Assembly: GCF_006345805.1 (NCBI RefSeq)
Contig: NC_043020.1
Coordinates: 8,432,001-8,496,000 of the forward strand
Source of the DNA: Octopus sinensis
Taxonomy: Eukaryota
DNA length: 64,000 nt
Direction of reading: 5' to 3'
Part shown: in pieces, positions 13,479 through 27,120 of the stretch
Position numbering within the stretch: position 1 is the stretch's first letter
How the letters are laid out: each line of letters starts with the position of its first letter
The notes under the pieces: generated by a model
Told to the model about the DNA's origin: nothing
The model's input: the letters and a program-made list of their open reading frames with translations, nothing else
The model's database searches: none
Translations under genes and position numbers: made by a program

Positions 13479-14348
13479 ACCTTTAATTAATATGAAATTT
13501 TGGTGGAAGGTTTTAATTTGGATCACTTTAACCCTTTTGTTACCATATTTTTTTTTTAAAATACTGCCTTTGTTTCAATTCATATTCAAAATAATGAAGA
13601 ATTTAGTCAAATAACTTTGCCATTATTAATCTGGTGCCATACCAGGAACCTTCTCTGTCTTAGCAGCTGACAATTGAGGGCAATCCTGTCACTTCGTGGT
13701 CCTTTCAGTCACTGGGCTGTGGCCATGCAGGGCACTGCCCCGGACAGTTTGGCCAAACAGGTCAGCCCCGCTGTTTCGTATGGTTTTAAATTCTGTTACT
13801 TATTCTATCAGCTTTTTTTGCCAAACTGCTAAGTTGTGGAGACATAAACAAACCAACACCAGTTGTCAAGTAGTGGTGGCTGACAGCAGGCTTCCACACA
13901 GTTTCTGTCTTTGAAATTCACTCACAAGGCATTGGTCGGTCTGGGGCCATAGGAGAAGAAGCTTGCCCAAGGTGCTACACAGTGGGACTGAACCTGAATC
14001 CATGTGGTTACAAAGCAGGCTTCTTAACCACACGGCCAAAGGTTCCTAGTTGTACTGATGCAGTACAGAACACAGACAGTAGCTAAGTAGAGGAGTGGCT
14101 CCTGTCTGTGGTCACTTCATATACTAGAAATAGCAGCCAAATCTTTGAAACAAATTGTTTATTAGACTATGTTTGAATAACCTGAATGACTTTCTTAATC
14201 TTCTTAATCAAATGTGATTTGAGGGTTAAACAACAACATTCTTCTCATAGAGGATTACCATATTAACCCTTTTGATGCTAATCCACCTGAGACCACATTT
14301 GGTTCTGTCATACAAAACTTTCTCTTTTCAACTGATCCAACTCGAAAC

Positions 14349-14570
14349 CTCTTTTACTTGTTTCAGTCATTTGACTGTGGCCATGCTGGAGCACTGCCTT
14401 TAGTCGAACAAATCGACCCCAGGACTTATTCTTTGTAAGCCTAGTACTTATTCTATCGGTATGTTTTGCCGAACCACTAAGTTACAGGGATATAAACGCA
14501 CCAGCATTGGTTGTCAAGCGATGTTGAGGAGACAAGCACATAAACACACACACAAACGCGCGCGCACACA

Positions 14571-14650
<80 letters not shown>

Positions 14651-14814
14651 CAACGGGCTTCTTTCAGTTTCCGTCTACCAAATCCACTCACAAGGCTTTG
14701 GTCGGCCCAAGGCTATAGTAGAAGACACTTGCCCAAGATGCCACACAGTGGGACTGAACCCGGAACCATGTGGTTGGTTAGCAAGCTACTTACCACACAG
14801 CTACTCCTGCGCCT
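14349..14814 (-). mobile_element. SINE S1, full length
   Basis: Reverse complement of S1; abuts an S2 fragment at about 14815-14955. Confidence 0.9.
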
Positions 14815-15501
14815 GGTATTTAATTTATCGACCCCCAAAAGGACGAAAGGCAAAGTCAATCTCGGCGGAATTTGAACTCAGAACATAAAGACGAACGAAA
14901 TTCCCGCTAAGCATTTTGCCTGGCACTCTAACAATTCTGCCAGCTTGCCGCCTTAAACACCATTTAATAATGACAGTTATTTTACTAAATTCTTCATTTA
15001 CAAAAAATTAATTGAAGCAGAGTCAGTGTATTTCAAGAGAAATCTGGCAGCAGAGCAGAAAGGGTTAGGTTGCCATCAGATGTTAACATACTTTCTCTTT
15101 CTCTTTCCTTCTTGCATTTTTTTTTCTTCTTTTTATCTCTACTCTTTCCTTCCCTCCCCCCGCTCCTGTTATTATTGCATCTGTACTTCTTCTTTCGCTC
15201 TCCCTCTCTCGTACTCTTTCTCCTCTTCTTTCCTCCCTACGTCTCTCCTAATCTCCGAGAGACTGTTGTTAGTCTTGTCTTACACTGATAAAAGAGAAAA
15301 CAGGTGGTGCAACGTGAACAACAGCAACATCAACAACATGAACAACAACATCAACATCATCATCAGCATCAGCAGCAGCAGCAGCGGCAGCAGCGGCTGA
15401 AGCCAGAGTAGTGAACGAAGGCAGGTTTTGGTTGCAAACACCGAAACACTGTCAGTGCTTATCTTGCCGTCCGTCCGTCCGTCCGTCCGTCCGTCTGCAT
15501 G

Positions 15502-15533
<32 letters not shown>

Positions 15534-15567
15534 CACGGCTGCCTGACAAACTTTTCTGCTGCATTAT

Positions 15568-15581
15568 GTAACCATGGCAAC
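15568..15581. promoter_or_regulatory. RFX X-box-like motif GTAACCATGGCAAC
   Basis: Fits consensus GTNRCC-N-RGYAAC; lies in a non-TE island. Confidence 0.45.
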
Positions 15582-15899
15582 GACCGCTGCAGTCAGTATC
15601 GCCGCCGCGTAATAATTAAACTCGCTGCACTAACATCACTGAGATTCGTCACAAAGCTGATGGATTAGCTGGGTAGCTCGCTAGTAATTATCTGGATATC
15701 TGCACCGTCCAACAACACAAGGAACGGCGGTGGTGGTGGTCATGGTGATGGTGGTGGTCATGGTGGTGGTGGTGGTGGTGGTTGGTTCTGGTTTCTTCTA
15801 GCTTTGAAATGGATAAAGGATGGATAATAAATCTTTTTTCTGCTGGATGGGGTAACAACCAGAATCCCGGTTACAAGAAACTTTCCTTTATCTACTGTG

Positions 15900-16385
15900 T
15901 CATCATCATCATCATTTAACATCCATTGTCCATGCTGGCATGGGTTGGACAGTTTGACCAGGGCTGGCACACTGGAAGGCTGCACCAAGGTCCAGTCTGA
16001 TTTGGCATGGTTTGCTATGGCCGGATGCTTTTCCTAACACCAACCATTACACTCTGAGAGTGTAATGAGTGCTTTTATGTGCCACCAGCATGGGTGCCAT
16101 TTGTGTGACACTGGCATAGGTGCTTTAATGTGCCACCAGCATGGGTGCTTTTATGTGCCACCAGCATGGGTGCTTTTATGTGCCACTGGCATGGGTGCCA
16201 TTTGTGTGACACTGGCATGGGTGCTTTAATGTGCCACCAGCATGGGTGCTTTAATGTGCCACCAGCATGGGTGCTTTTATGTGCCACCAGCATGGGTGCC
16301 ATTTGTGTGACACCGGCGTGTGCCACAACTGCGATTTTTACTTGGCTTGATGGGTCTTCTTCTCAAGCACATCATAATGCCATTA
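15900..16385 (-). mobile_element. RTE-type LINE 3' UTR with internal minisatellite
   Basis: (GAT)n tail; homologous to 16898-17630; tandem gtgccaccagcatgggtgc units at 16075-16320. Confidence 0.7.
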
Positions 16386-16897
16386 GTGTATAGAATGTGT
16401 GTGTGTATATTATGTATATAGTGCGCATGTATTTTGCATGTATATATGAAATGTATGCTTATATTGTGTATATTTTATGTATATAATGCACATGTATTTA
16501 TGTATATGTGTTTATATATGGAATGTATACATGTAGTGTGTATGCATATATTGTGTAGGGAGTGTATTCTATGTATGAAGTTTGGGGTGTGTAATATAAG
16601 TATGAAATGTAGGCTGGTACTATGTGTTTGAAATATAGGTGTATTATGTTTGTTGTAAGTATTGTGTTGTGTGTAGCTATGCAGTTTATGTGGTGTATGA
16701 ATGTAATGTAAACTGCAAGTACATTAGTGCAGACAAGGAGAAATGAGTACGCAGTGAAGTACAGTGAAATACAGATATTATATGAAAGCTTTATACTTAG
16801 AGTTTGACTAAATTGATTTCCAATTTTCGCTTTCATCTTTCTGGAGTCAATAAAATATAATGTCAGTCATGTATGCACATATATACAATACATATAT

Positions 16898-17630
16898 ATC
16901 ATCATCATCATCGTTTAACGTCCGCTTGAACAATTTGACTGAGGGCTGGTGAACCAGATGGCTGCACCAGGCTCCAATCTGATCTCGCAGGGTTTTGCTT
17001 GGGATGCCCTTCCTAATGCCAACCACTCCAAAAGTGTAGTGGGTGCTTTTACGTGCCACCGGCAGCAGGGCCAGTCAGGCGGTACTGGCAACGGCCGTGC
17101 ACAAATGGTGTTTTTTACATGCCACCTGCACAGGAGCCAGTCCAGTGGCACTGGCAACGACCTCGCTCAAGTGTTTTTTCACGTGCCACTGGCACAGGTG
17201 CCAGTAAGGCGGTGCTGGTAACGATCACGCTTGAATGGTGCTTTTTATGTGCCACCGGCACGGAAGCCAGTCAGCTGCTCTGGCAACGATCACACTCAGA
17301 TGGTGCTCTTAGCGCTCCACTAGCACAGATGCCAGTCATCGAATTTGATTTCGATTTCACTTACCTCAACAGATCATCGCAAGCAGAGTTTAGTGTCCAA
17401 TGAAGGAAAGGTATGCATAAGTGGGCTGGTTACACCCCTGCCATAGGCCACAAGGTTATGGTCTCACTTGGCTTGCCAAGTCTTCTCAAGCACAGCATAT
17501 TTCCAAAGGTCCCAGTCACTAGTCATTGCTTCGGTGAGGCCTAATGTTCGAAGGTCATGCTTCACCACTTCATCCCAGGTCTTCCTGGGTCTACCTCTTC
17601 CACAGCAAAGGGAACCGGCTGACCTCCTCT
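16898..17630 (-). mobile_element. 5'-truncated RTE-clade LINE (ORF C-terminus plus 3' UTR)
   Basis: GRGRPRKTWDEVVKHDLRTLGLTEAMTSDWDLWKYAV is typical of the RTE ORF end; (GAT)n tail. Confidence 0.85.
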
Positions 17631-17886
17631 TTTCGAAGGTTATAATGGACACAGATTCGTGTGTCACATAGCTAGCTAGAGGCAGCATTCATCCTATATT
17701 TCTGGACTGCCATATTAGCTTGGCGATAACTATTAATACATACACACACATATAATATGAAATATATAAATGGAGTTTAACGCAGTATAAATCAAATATT
17801 TACTTTCGACCATGTTTCGAAAATTCACTGATATTATTCAAAAGATAAATGGTATAAACAATGCAATCTTCTCATCTATTTATAAC

Positions 17887-17917
<31 letters not shown>

Positions 17918-18296
17918 ACATATATATATATATATATATTATGTATGTATGTATGTATGTATGTATGTATGTATTTTGAAGTTATAAGATAATGCATGAT
18001 AAATTCAAAGCATTGTGAATAAATAAACATTACAGACTAAACTGAACACTAAAGGGTTAAGCTAGCTCCTGTGGAGGGCTCTTCATTGGGCCTTGGGCCC
18101 AACAACGACACTTAATGCATTGAGTACATATAAAGTTTTATTAAACTTGATCAATATTTTTCAAGCAATGAACAGTTTTCATCAAAACACAATGATATAA
18201 TTTGTCGACTTGGAACTTATTGCAAAGCTGCATGATAAACAACCCTTTTTGTCTTCCCATTCAGGGTTCAGTACAGTTTTTTTTTCCAACCTCTTT

Positions 18297-18352
<56 letters not shown>

Positions 18353-18468
18353 TGTTGATTGTTTTCAACCTTCACCATCGCCACCACAACTGCAATACAC
18401 ACACACCATTCAGACTTCTGATGCCACCACCATCAACACCTTTATATATATATATATATGTGTGTGTG

Positions 18469-18750
18469 AAGGCGCAATGGCCCAGTGGTTAGGGCAATGG
18501 ACTCGCAGTTGTAGGATCGCGGTTTCGATTCCCAGGCCGAGCGTTGTGAGTGTTTATTGAGCGAAAACACCTAAAGCTCCACGCGTCTCCGGCAGGGGGT
18601 GGTGGAGATCCCTGCTGTACTCTTTCGCCACAACTTTCTCTCACTCTTTCTTAGAGCGGGGTGGTGTCATTTGAAGACTAAAGCAATGCGAAGCGCATTG
18701 TGACCAGCGATGTGTAGCAACATTTGATAGCCTGGTCGGTCACGGTGATA
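18469..18750 (+). mobile_element. tRNA-derived SINE (third family)
   Basis: A-box TGGCCCAGTGG and B-box GGTTTCGATTCC. Confidence 0.8.
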
Positions 18751-18774
18751 TATATATATATATACATATATATA

Positions 18775-19045
18775 TGCTTTCACCTTCGAAACGTAGAGTA
18801 GATGAAACCATAGCGACTGAAGAAGGGGTTTTTCTTTTTCTTTGTGTTATTTGTCCTGTACTCTATTTTTGTTGTTTAAAAAAATGTCCAGTTCCTTTGG
18901 TTTGTGTCTATGTTTTCGTTTCTCATTGTGTTCGACGTCCTTTTTGGTGTCCTGTACTCATATATGCGTGTATATGTACATGTAGAGGTAGGTACGTACA
19001 TATATGTTTATATATATGCATATGTTTTATTTATTAATATATATA
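18775..19045 (+). mobile_element. Unclassified ~250-bp repeat, possibly a Penelope-type terminal fragment
   Basis: Homologous to the two copies at 45279-45805; flanked by (TA)n. Confidence 0.7.
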
Positions 19046-20627
19046 TAGTTTTTTAATTTATATTTTATTTTCGTTGAATACTAAGAAGTCATTATAGGGT
19101 GGTGTCGGGTGATTGAGTTAATGAAAAGAAACTCCGTCTCAGATGTTTCAAGAAAGAGCAGTTGGTGCTTTTGCTTGCAATTTTTCAGGCAAATTTTTCT
19201 TTTAGCCAACAGACTTCCATTTGTTGATCTTACCACCCTTCTCTGACGATGGTGGTGGTGGTAGTGATGATGGTGCTAGTGTTGTGTGGTGATAGTAGTA
19301 GTAGTGGTGGTGGTGGTGGTGGTGGTAGTTGATGATCGTCATCGTTGTTGTAGCAGTGAGGGTTCTGTTTAATTATACGCTAATGTTACGGTTCATTCTG
19401 TTCACGGTCCAGTGAACACAGCAACTGTGTGTGAGTGTGGTTGGAGGGCGTCAGTACCAACTGTTATGAAAGTTTTTTTTTTGTTCAATTTTTTCCTGCC
19501 TATTTGTTTTGTTTTGTTTTTATAGAGAAAGGACACTTGTTAAAAACATTTCTCATCTGTCTGACCTTTTGACGAACTGTCGGCCTTTCTTACTCGTCAC
19601 GTGTTTTACTGTCACATGATCAAAGAACTCTCTAACCACCATCATCACGCCAGCCTTGGGCAAGGGAAGTTTTTCCAATTTAGAAAATTCTTTGAAGGAA
19701 GCGGTTTGTCGATAACATCGACCGCAGTACGTGACTGGTGTTTTATTGTAACGAACTCGGAAAGTCGAAAGGCAAGGATGACCTCGGCGGGATTTGAACT
19801 CGCAATTGGAAGAAGTCCAACGCCGCTGACGATTCTGCCAGATCGCCGCCCTGATGTTGGTTGTGATGATGATGATGATGACGATGGTCGTTTCTACTAT
19901 AGGCAAAAAGCTTGAATTTTTTTTTAGGTAGGGGTTGCGGTAAGTCGATCGTATCGACACTAGCACTCGACTGGTATTCTGAAATTTACTTTTATCAATA
20001 CCGCAAGGATGAAATGCAAAGTCGACCTCGACGGAATTCGAACTCAGAACGTAAAGACGGTCGAAATGCCGTTAAGCACTTTGTCCAGCATGCTAATGAT
20101 TCTGCCAGATCGAATAATACAGAGATGTCTACAGCTAGCAGAATCGGTAGCATAAAGCTGTAACCCCCCCCCCTCTCTCTCCCTCTCTCTCTCTCTCAAC
20201 AGCTACTTTTGTTTGTATGTTTGTGTGTGTTTATTTGCCTCCAGTGCTAAAACGTACGGTCACCGAAACAGGTTGAATATTCAATCAACCGCGCCTAAAC
20301 AGCTGCGCCCAATAGTCTCATTCCAGTGATTTGAGTGAGATTACGGTACTATTTCTCCTATCGGACAACCACGCCGAGGCATCTTCGTTAGCTCGCTCAG
20401 ACTATATATAGAGCACGCATGGACGACCTTTTTTTCGAGTTGCGAGCCACGGGAGACAGGTGGGCCGCACTAATAAATAAAAAAATTCGAGGTAATTTTT
20501 CGTTAAGCTTACCATTCAGAAAACCCCGCAGGTCACAATTTGTCCATAATTAATATCTCGTATGTACAAGATATCTATTCTAGGTGTTTCGCAGTGGGTT
20601 TGAACCTGGGGTATCATGGGTCGGTGT

Positions 20628-21019
20628 GAGCTGGCAGAAACATTAGCACGCCGGGCGAAATGCGTAGCCGTATTTCGTCTGTCGTTACGTTGTGAGTTCA
20701 AATTCCGCCGAGGTCGACTTTGCCTTTCATCCTTTCGGGGTCGATTAAATAAGTACCAGTTACTGGGGTCGATATAATCGACTTAATCCGTTTGTCTGTC
20801 CTTGTTTGTCCCCTCTGTGTTTAGCCCCTTGTGGGTAGTAAAGAAATAGGTATTTCGTCTGCCATTATGTTCTGAGGTCGACTTTGCCTTTCATCCTTTC
20901 GGAGTCGGTAAATTAAGTACCAGTTACGCACTGGGGTCGATGTAATCGACTTAATACCTATGTCTGTCCTTGTTTTGTCCCCTCTATGTTTAGCCCCTTG
21001 TGGGTAATAAAGAAATAAG
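20628..21019 (+). mobile_element. SINE S2 followed by a partial tandem S2
   Basis: gagctggcagaaac head...aaagaaata tail; 3' two-thirds repeated. Confidence 0.88.
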
Positions 21020-21337
21020 GTATCATGACTGCGAAACGAATTTCTTAACCATTCAGCTAACTCTGCGTATATATTGACACACAGACAGACAGACATCCGG
21101 CTGGTGCCACCAAACCAGATCGGAAACGTGACATGTCGCGCATATTATCTGCCGGAGCCGGATCTATCGATAAACGTTCGATTAACTAAACTCAGTGTGA
21201 TAAATTTACTGAAGCGGAACAGATCGAAGCGTGGTCGGCTGGCTGGCTGGCTGGCAGGTTTGTTGGTCGGTTGGTTGGTTAGTTGGGGAGGGATATTTAA
21301 GTGATATGGTCAGTAATCAATGAAGGAATCGATAACC

Positions 21338-21351
21338 GTTACCATAGCTAC
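21338..21351. promoter_or_regulatory. RFX X-box-like motif GTTACCATAGCTAC
   Basis: One mismatch to GTTACCATAGCAAC; lies in a non-TE island. Confidence 0.35.
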
Positions 21352-21483
21352 AACTGTTACGTCACCAATATTAACAACAGCCATCACGTCTATTATACTA
21401 CCATTATACTGCTTAGAAGTTATATATATAGATATGGGTGTATGGGTGTATATGTATGTATATATTCATATATAATTTATGCA

Positions 21484-21516
<33 letters not shown>

Positions 21517-21522
21517 TGTGTG

Positions 21523-21876
21523 TACTCTTTTACTCTTTTACTTGTTTCAGTCATTTGACTGCGGCCATGCTGGAGCATCGCCTTTAGTCGAGCAAATCGA
21601 CCCCGGGACTTATTCTTTTTGTAAGCCCAGTACTTATTCTATCGGTCTCTTTTGCCGAACCGCTAAGTGACGGGGACGTAAACACACCAGCATCGGTTGT
21701 CAAGCAATGCTAGGGGGACAAACACAGACACACAAACATATACACACACACTTATATATATATACATATATACGACGGGCTTCTTTCAGTTTCCGTCTAC
21801 CAAATCCACTTACAAGGCATTGGTCAGCCCGAGGCTATAGCAGAAGACACTTGCCCACACAGCCACTCCTGCGCCT
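21523..21876 (-). mobile_element. SINE S1 with deletion in head
   Basis: ttgccc joined directly to acacagcc, removing the B-box region. Confidence 0.88.
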
Positions 21877-21975
21877 ATAATTTATGTATCTGTATATAGC
21901 GTGTATCTTCCTACACTTAAGTATATGCATATGTATGTGAGTAATAAATTATTTAAGTGTATAAATATATATATA

Positions 21976-22222
21976 CATCATCATCATCATTTAACGTCTG
22001 CTTTCCATGCTGGCATGGGTTAGACGGTTTGACTGGAACTGGTAACCCGGAGAGCTGCACCAGGTTCCAGTCAGATTTGGCTTGGTATCTATGGATTGAT
22101 GCCCTTCTTAATGCCAACCACTCCAAGAGTGTAATGGGTGCTTTTTACGTGCCACCGGCACGGGTGCCATATTCAAGACACTGACAACGGCCACGATACG
22201 ATTTCACGTGGCTTGACGACTC
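21976..22222 (-). mobile_element. RTE-type LINE 3' UTR fragment
   Basis: (cat)n-ttaacgtc tail; homologous to 16898-17100. Confidence 0.75.
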
Positions 22223-24558
22223 TTATGGATCAGTCGGAGTTTTTACTGAGGTAGATTTACGAAGGACGGATGCCCTCCCTGTCGCCAACTCTCATTTCTT
22301 TCTAAGCAAGGTAGTATTTCTCCACGGCCAAACGTGTTTTTCACTGAAGGCTAGAAACGGACGACACCGCTAGTATAACGGTGATATTCGTTTACTACAA
22401 TCACGAGCTTCCACACAATTTCCCCCTCTTCCAAATACCTTCACAAGACATTGGTCGGATCGAGGCTAGTAGAAGGTACGTTGCAGTGGGACTGAACCCA
22501 AAATCACGCGGTTGCAAAGCGAACTCTTTAATCACTCAACCATGCAGATAGATGTGTGTGTGTGCGTGTACTCTTTTTACTTAGCTCAGTCATTAGACTG
22601 CGGCCATGCTGGGGCACGGCCTTGAAGAAATTTTAGTTAAACGACTCGACCCCCACACCATTGTTTTCAAAGCCTGGAACCTATTCTATCGGTCTCTTTT
22701 GTTAAACCGCTACGTTACAGGGACGTAAACAAACCAACACCGATAGTCAAACTGTGGTGTGGGGACAAACGTAGCCAGAAAGACGCTCTCAAATAAATAG
22801 ATATACGACGGGCTTCTTTCAGTTTCCGTCTACCAAAATCCACTTGCAAGACTTTGATCGGCCCGAGACTATAGTAGAAGACTCTTGCCCAAGGTGCCAC
22901 GCAGTGGGGCTGAAACCGGAACCATGTGGTTGGGAAGCAAGCTTCTTACAACAAAGCCTCGTGTGTGTGTGTGTGAGGAGGTGCTGATTCAGCCGACCCT
23001 GTTACCTGGCTTCTTCGTAAATCGAACCCAAAATGCTTTGAATGCAGTTTGTAACCACACACAGCAATGACATTAAATCTCCACCCTTACCCCCCCACAC
23101 ACACAGCCCTCAACCAGAATCTGTTTCCACCACCCACCCACCCGACCCCCACCCACTCTTCTAATTCCTAAAACTATCAGAACTTTTTTTTTTTTTACCA
23201 TTATGGCATCACAAGGGTATCGCTCTCCATTTTGACTTTTACACTGCTACCCACCACCACCACCAGCACCAGCACCACCACCACCTTTTATTACTATTAC
23301 TACTACGACTACTAATGTTACTATTAATAATATTAATGATGCTATTACTACTGCTATTCCAGCTTCCAAAATCGAGTGACTTTCAAAAAAAGTTTTTATT
23401 TTTTATTGTATTTTATTTTACTTCAGTATCTTTTTTATTTTTTTATTCTAAAATCTCACAAGAGGAAATACCGAACGCCTGACTGATGTTCAAATGTTGC
23501 CCCAAACCCACCCTCCCTCTCTCTCGTATCTCTCTCACTAATCTCTCTTTGTCACACACGCATCTCTCTCACATAGCTCTGCCTCTTTCTCCCCCCCTCT
23601 CTCACACACAAACACAAACTACGTAGTAGAGGTTCAAGACGAGTGATGTCCATTTCTAGTGAGGGAGCATCGAGTTCACTCACCGTTCCATTCGTTCCGA
23701 AAATTCGCGAAAATAGGGTTAAGGAGGAAAATCGCTTTTACTGTGAAAGCCAGAACTAATGTCTGTATAGACATAGATCGTAGATGCATCGTGGGAGAAC
23801 TAATTTTCGCTATGTAAAACAATATAGAAATAGTTTATATTCACTTTTCGTTGAGTTTTTTTTTTTTTAAGTACTGTCTACTATGGAGTATCAAAAAAAG
23901 TTTCGTTGCACTCCTGCGACACATATATGAAATTACATAATGCTGAGAGCAAGGGCAGGTGCCATTATAGATGTCCCTGTCTCCCAGACGGATCGACCAT
24001 ATACTTGAAATAGACTAAGCTCTGCCAATGGTAAGTCGGAAGTGTACACAAGTGGCCACAGAATTTTTATAAATGAAGCAAGAGAGTTTGTTTATAAGAG
24101 AGTTACATCATCATACGTACATTTCATTAACAAAAGACGGTCCCCACTTACATAATGTAAATTATATAATCCAATTACATTGTCAAATCTTCAGAAATGC
24201 GTATCCCGCAATGAAATCTAAATATAATTCACACACTGTGTGTGTGTGTGAGCGAGAGAAGGGGGGCACGCCCTTGACCACTTACCACGTGTCTCCACAC
24301 ACATATAAAGTAGCTTTGCCTTTATGTATGTCTCCTTTCGTACAGGAGATTATGTTCAAGTTTTAGTTTTTATTTTATATCGTTATTTTTCTTCTTAGCT
24401 TTTTAAAGTTCGTTTAGAACAGACTTCCTAAATCCATATCCAACGTTTCTAGATCTTCACAGTCTCATTAAAAGTTGATCATAGTCGTGCATTTAATGTA
24501 ACATGGATACACACATATACATCCTGTATGTTTGTATGTGATTGTGTGTGTGTGTGTG

Positions 24559-24603
<45 letters not shown>

Positions 24604-24824
24604 ATATATATATGGCATTATAATGGAGATGGAGAATTATGCATCTACACAGACTTTTGCTGTTGACGCCACCAAAATGAACAATATTATCGTCAAGGGC
24701 GTGGAATGATGGTTTTTGGACGATGACTGACAAGGAAAGAGTATGCCTACGTTTTGTGTGTGAATTTTCCATGTGTTCCTTCGTCGTCCTGTGCAATTTT
24801 AATCTTATTATATATATATATATA

Positions 24825-25205
24825 TACTCTTTTACTTGTTTCAGTCATTTGACTGTGGCCATGCTGGAGCACCGCCTTTAGTCGAGCATATCGACCCCGG
24901 GACTTATTCTATCGGTCTCTTTTTGCCGAACCACTAAGTGACGGGGACGTAAACACACCAGCATCGTTTGTCAAGCGATGGTAGGGGGACAGACACACAA
25001 ACACATACACACACATACATATATATATATATATACATATATTCGACAGGCTTCTTTCAGTTTCCGTCTACCAAATCCACTCAAGGCATTGGTCGGCCTG
25101 AAGCTATAGCAGAAGACACTTGCCCAAGATGCCACGCAGTGGGACTGAACCCGGAACTATGTAGTTGGTAAGCAAGCTACTTACCACACAGCCACTCCTG
25201 CACCT
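24825..25205 (-). mobile_element. SINE S1
   Basis: Reverse complement of S1. Confidence 0.9.
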
Positions 25206-25272
25206 TTGATTCGTTAGCTACTGCACGCATTTTTTTTCTCTCCTTCTTTCTGTGTTTTTCTCTCTCTGTGTA

Positions 25273-25310
25273 TCTTTCTGTTGAAGAGCGTAGGCTCGAA
25301 ACGTTAAAGA
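25273..25310 (+). ncRNA. Minimal type-I hammerhead-like motif, PLE-A family, A6U variant
   Basis: TCTTT-CTGTTGA-A-GAGC(GTAG)GCTC-GAAAC-GTT-AAAGA: stems I and II pair perfectly; within repeat at about 25210-25400. Confidence 0.65.
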
Positions 25311-25684
25311 CTTGTTTTATTTATATTTCCTGAGCGCCATACTAATACAATTGTTCGTTTGTTTTCCACCTGCCTTCGTCTTTTGTTTAAAGCTTCCCGT
25401 TATATATATATATATATATATAATTATATATATATATATATATATATAGTGGGTGTGTGTGTGTGTGTGTGTGTGTATTCGACTCGGTTCTCTTACTTAA
25501 AATGTCGTGGGGCGATCCGGTTTTAGTTATCTCGTCCCACGAAGCCTTGTCATGGAACTTAGTAAAACTGTGATTAAAAACATTATGTGCCTCTTACCAA
25601 ATGTGTCGATACCACTTTCTTTTGTTTGTCCAAAACTTTTGTTTCTATCTCCTGTGGTGTGTGTCTTTGTGTGTACGCATATAT

Positions 25685-25731
<47 letters not shown>

Positions 25732-25853
25732 GTATATGTATTATATATTTATTGTATATATATTATATGTATATGTATATGTATATATATTATATATATG
25801 TATATGTATAGATATATATATGTATATGTATTATATATATATATATGTATATA

Positions 25854-25891
<38 letters not shown>

Positions 25892-26055
25892 ATATATCGC
25901 ACACTCACACGCACGTATTAAATAACACTAACCCTTCCCGGATAACATTTTATGCCTGTTAACACAAAATTCAACTATTAATAATTTATCTAGTTCGTTT
26001 CGTCTAGTTTTATAATAACCTTTGAGTGGCGACAACAATCAAATAGTGTGTATGT

Positions 26056-26113
<58 letters not shown>

Positions 26114-26377
26114 ATTATCTCTGAATATAAATATATATAGACACATACACGCTATGTATATATAGTTTTAAATGTATCTAATAAAATAGCTCAACTGTTT
26201 AGCTGTGTGTATATAAGATACATAAATATATAAGCGACAGAGAACCTCATGCAGACAGGAAAAAAATAATAAATAAAATCGTATAAAAGAGCATAAAATG
26301 TATATAAAAGACAGACTTGTAGCGGTAGGTAATGGTTGGCGGGGGAACGGTCAGGCTCTCTCTCTCTCTCTTTTTCG

Positions 26378-26424
<47 letters not shown>

Positions 26425-26606
26425 GCACGCAGTGTGTGATAGTTGCTGCTTGTGTGTCACGAGTAATACGGGTGACTACTGTTGAAAAGTAGGACTGCAG
26501 GTTTGGGGTGTGGAAGATGAGAATATGTCGAGCACATGGCATATACTGTCGTGGTGGCGCAATACACACACACACACACACACACAGAGCTATTGATATA
26601 TATATA

Positions 26607-26646
<40 letters not shown>

Positions 26647-26805
26647 ACACACGTATCTATATTTTTATAATTAAATGGTTTTTTTAGTTTAGATGTTGCT
26701 CACATGCTGCACTGTGTGTACGTGGTGGTGGTGGTGGTGGTTGTGGGGGGGGGGGTTATAGGAATAAACCCGTCTTTTTAATGTTTTACTGGTTTTAAAG
26801 TCATT

Positions 26806-27084
26806 GGACTGCGGCCTTGCTGGGGCACCACCGCCTTGGACAAATGGATCCTATTACGACATTAAAATAAATAGCTCTGCTTACTTATTCTGTTGGTCTG
26901 TTTTGCTGAACGGCTTAGTTACATAGACGTAAACAAACCAACACCAGGACTGCGGCCTTGCTGGGGCACCGCCTTGGACAAATGGATCCTATTACGACAT
27001 TAAAATAAATAGCTCTGCTTACTTATTCTGTTGGTCTGTTTTGCTGAACGGCTTAGTTACATAGACGTAAACAAACCAACACCA
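26806..27084. repeat. Near-perfect tandem duplication (141 + 138 bp) inside a diverged S1-like SINE
   Basis: Units 26806-26946 and 26947-27084 differ mainly by a 3-bp indel. Confidence 0.9.
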
Positions 27085-27094
27085 GTTGTTGGCA

Positions 27095-27120
27095 GGGGTG
27101 GGGTGGGGTGGGGTGGGGGG
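27095..27120 (+). other. G-quadruplex-forming motif (GGGGT)4-GGGGGG
   Basis: Five G-runs of at least 4 with 1-nt loops. Confidence 0.6.

Noticed and set aside
15300-15410. PolyQ/H-like frame (CAA/CAG/CAT)
   Set aside because: Bounded by stops (TGA TAA upstream, TAG after about 38 codons) with no good splice sites.
16075-16326. Regularly spaced gtgccaccagcatgggtgc repeats resembling a CRISPR array
   Set aside because: There are no unique spacers; it is a minisatellite inside an RTE-type 3' UTR in a eukaryotic genome.
23986-24036. cccag|...ATG|GTAAGT exon-like segment
   Set aside because: All three frames contain stops; it could only be non-coding.
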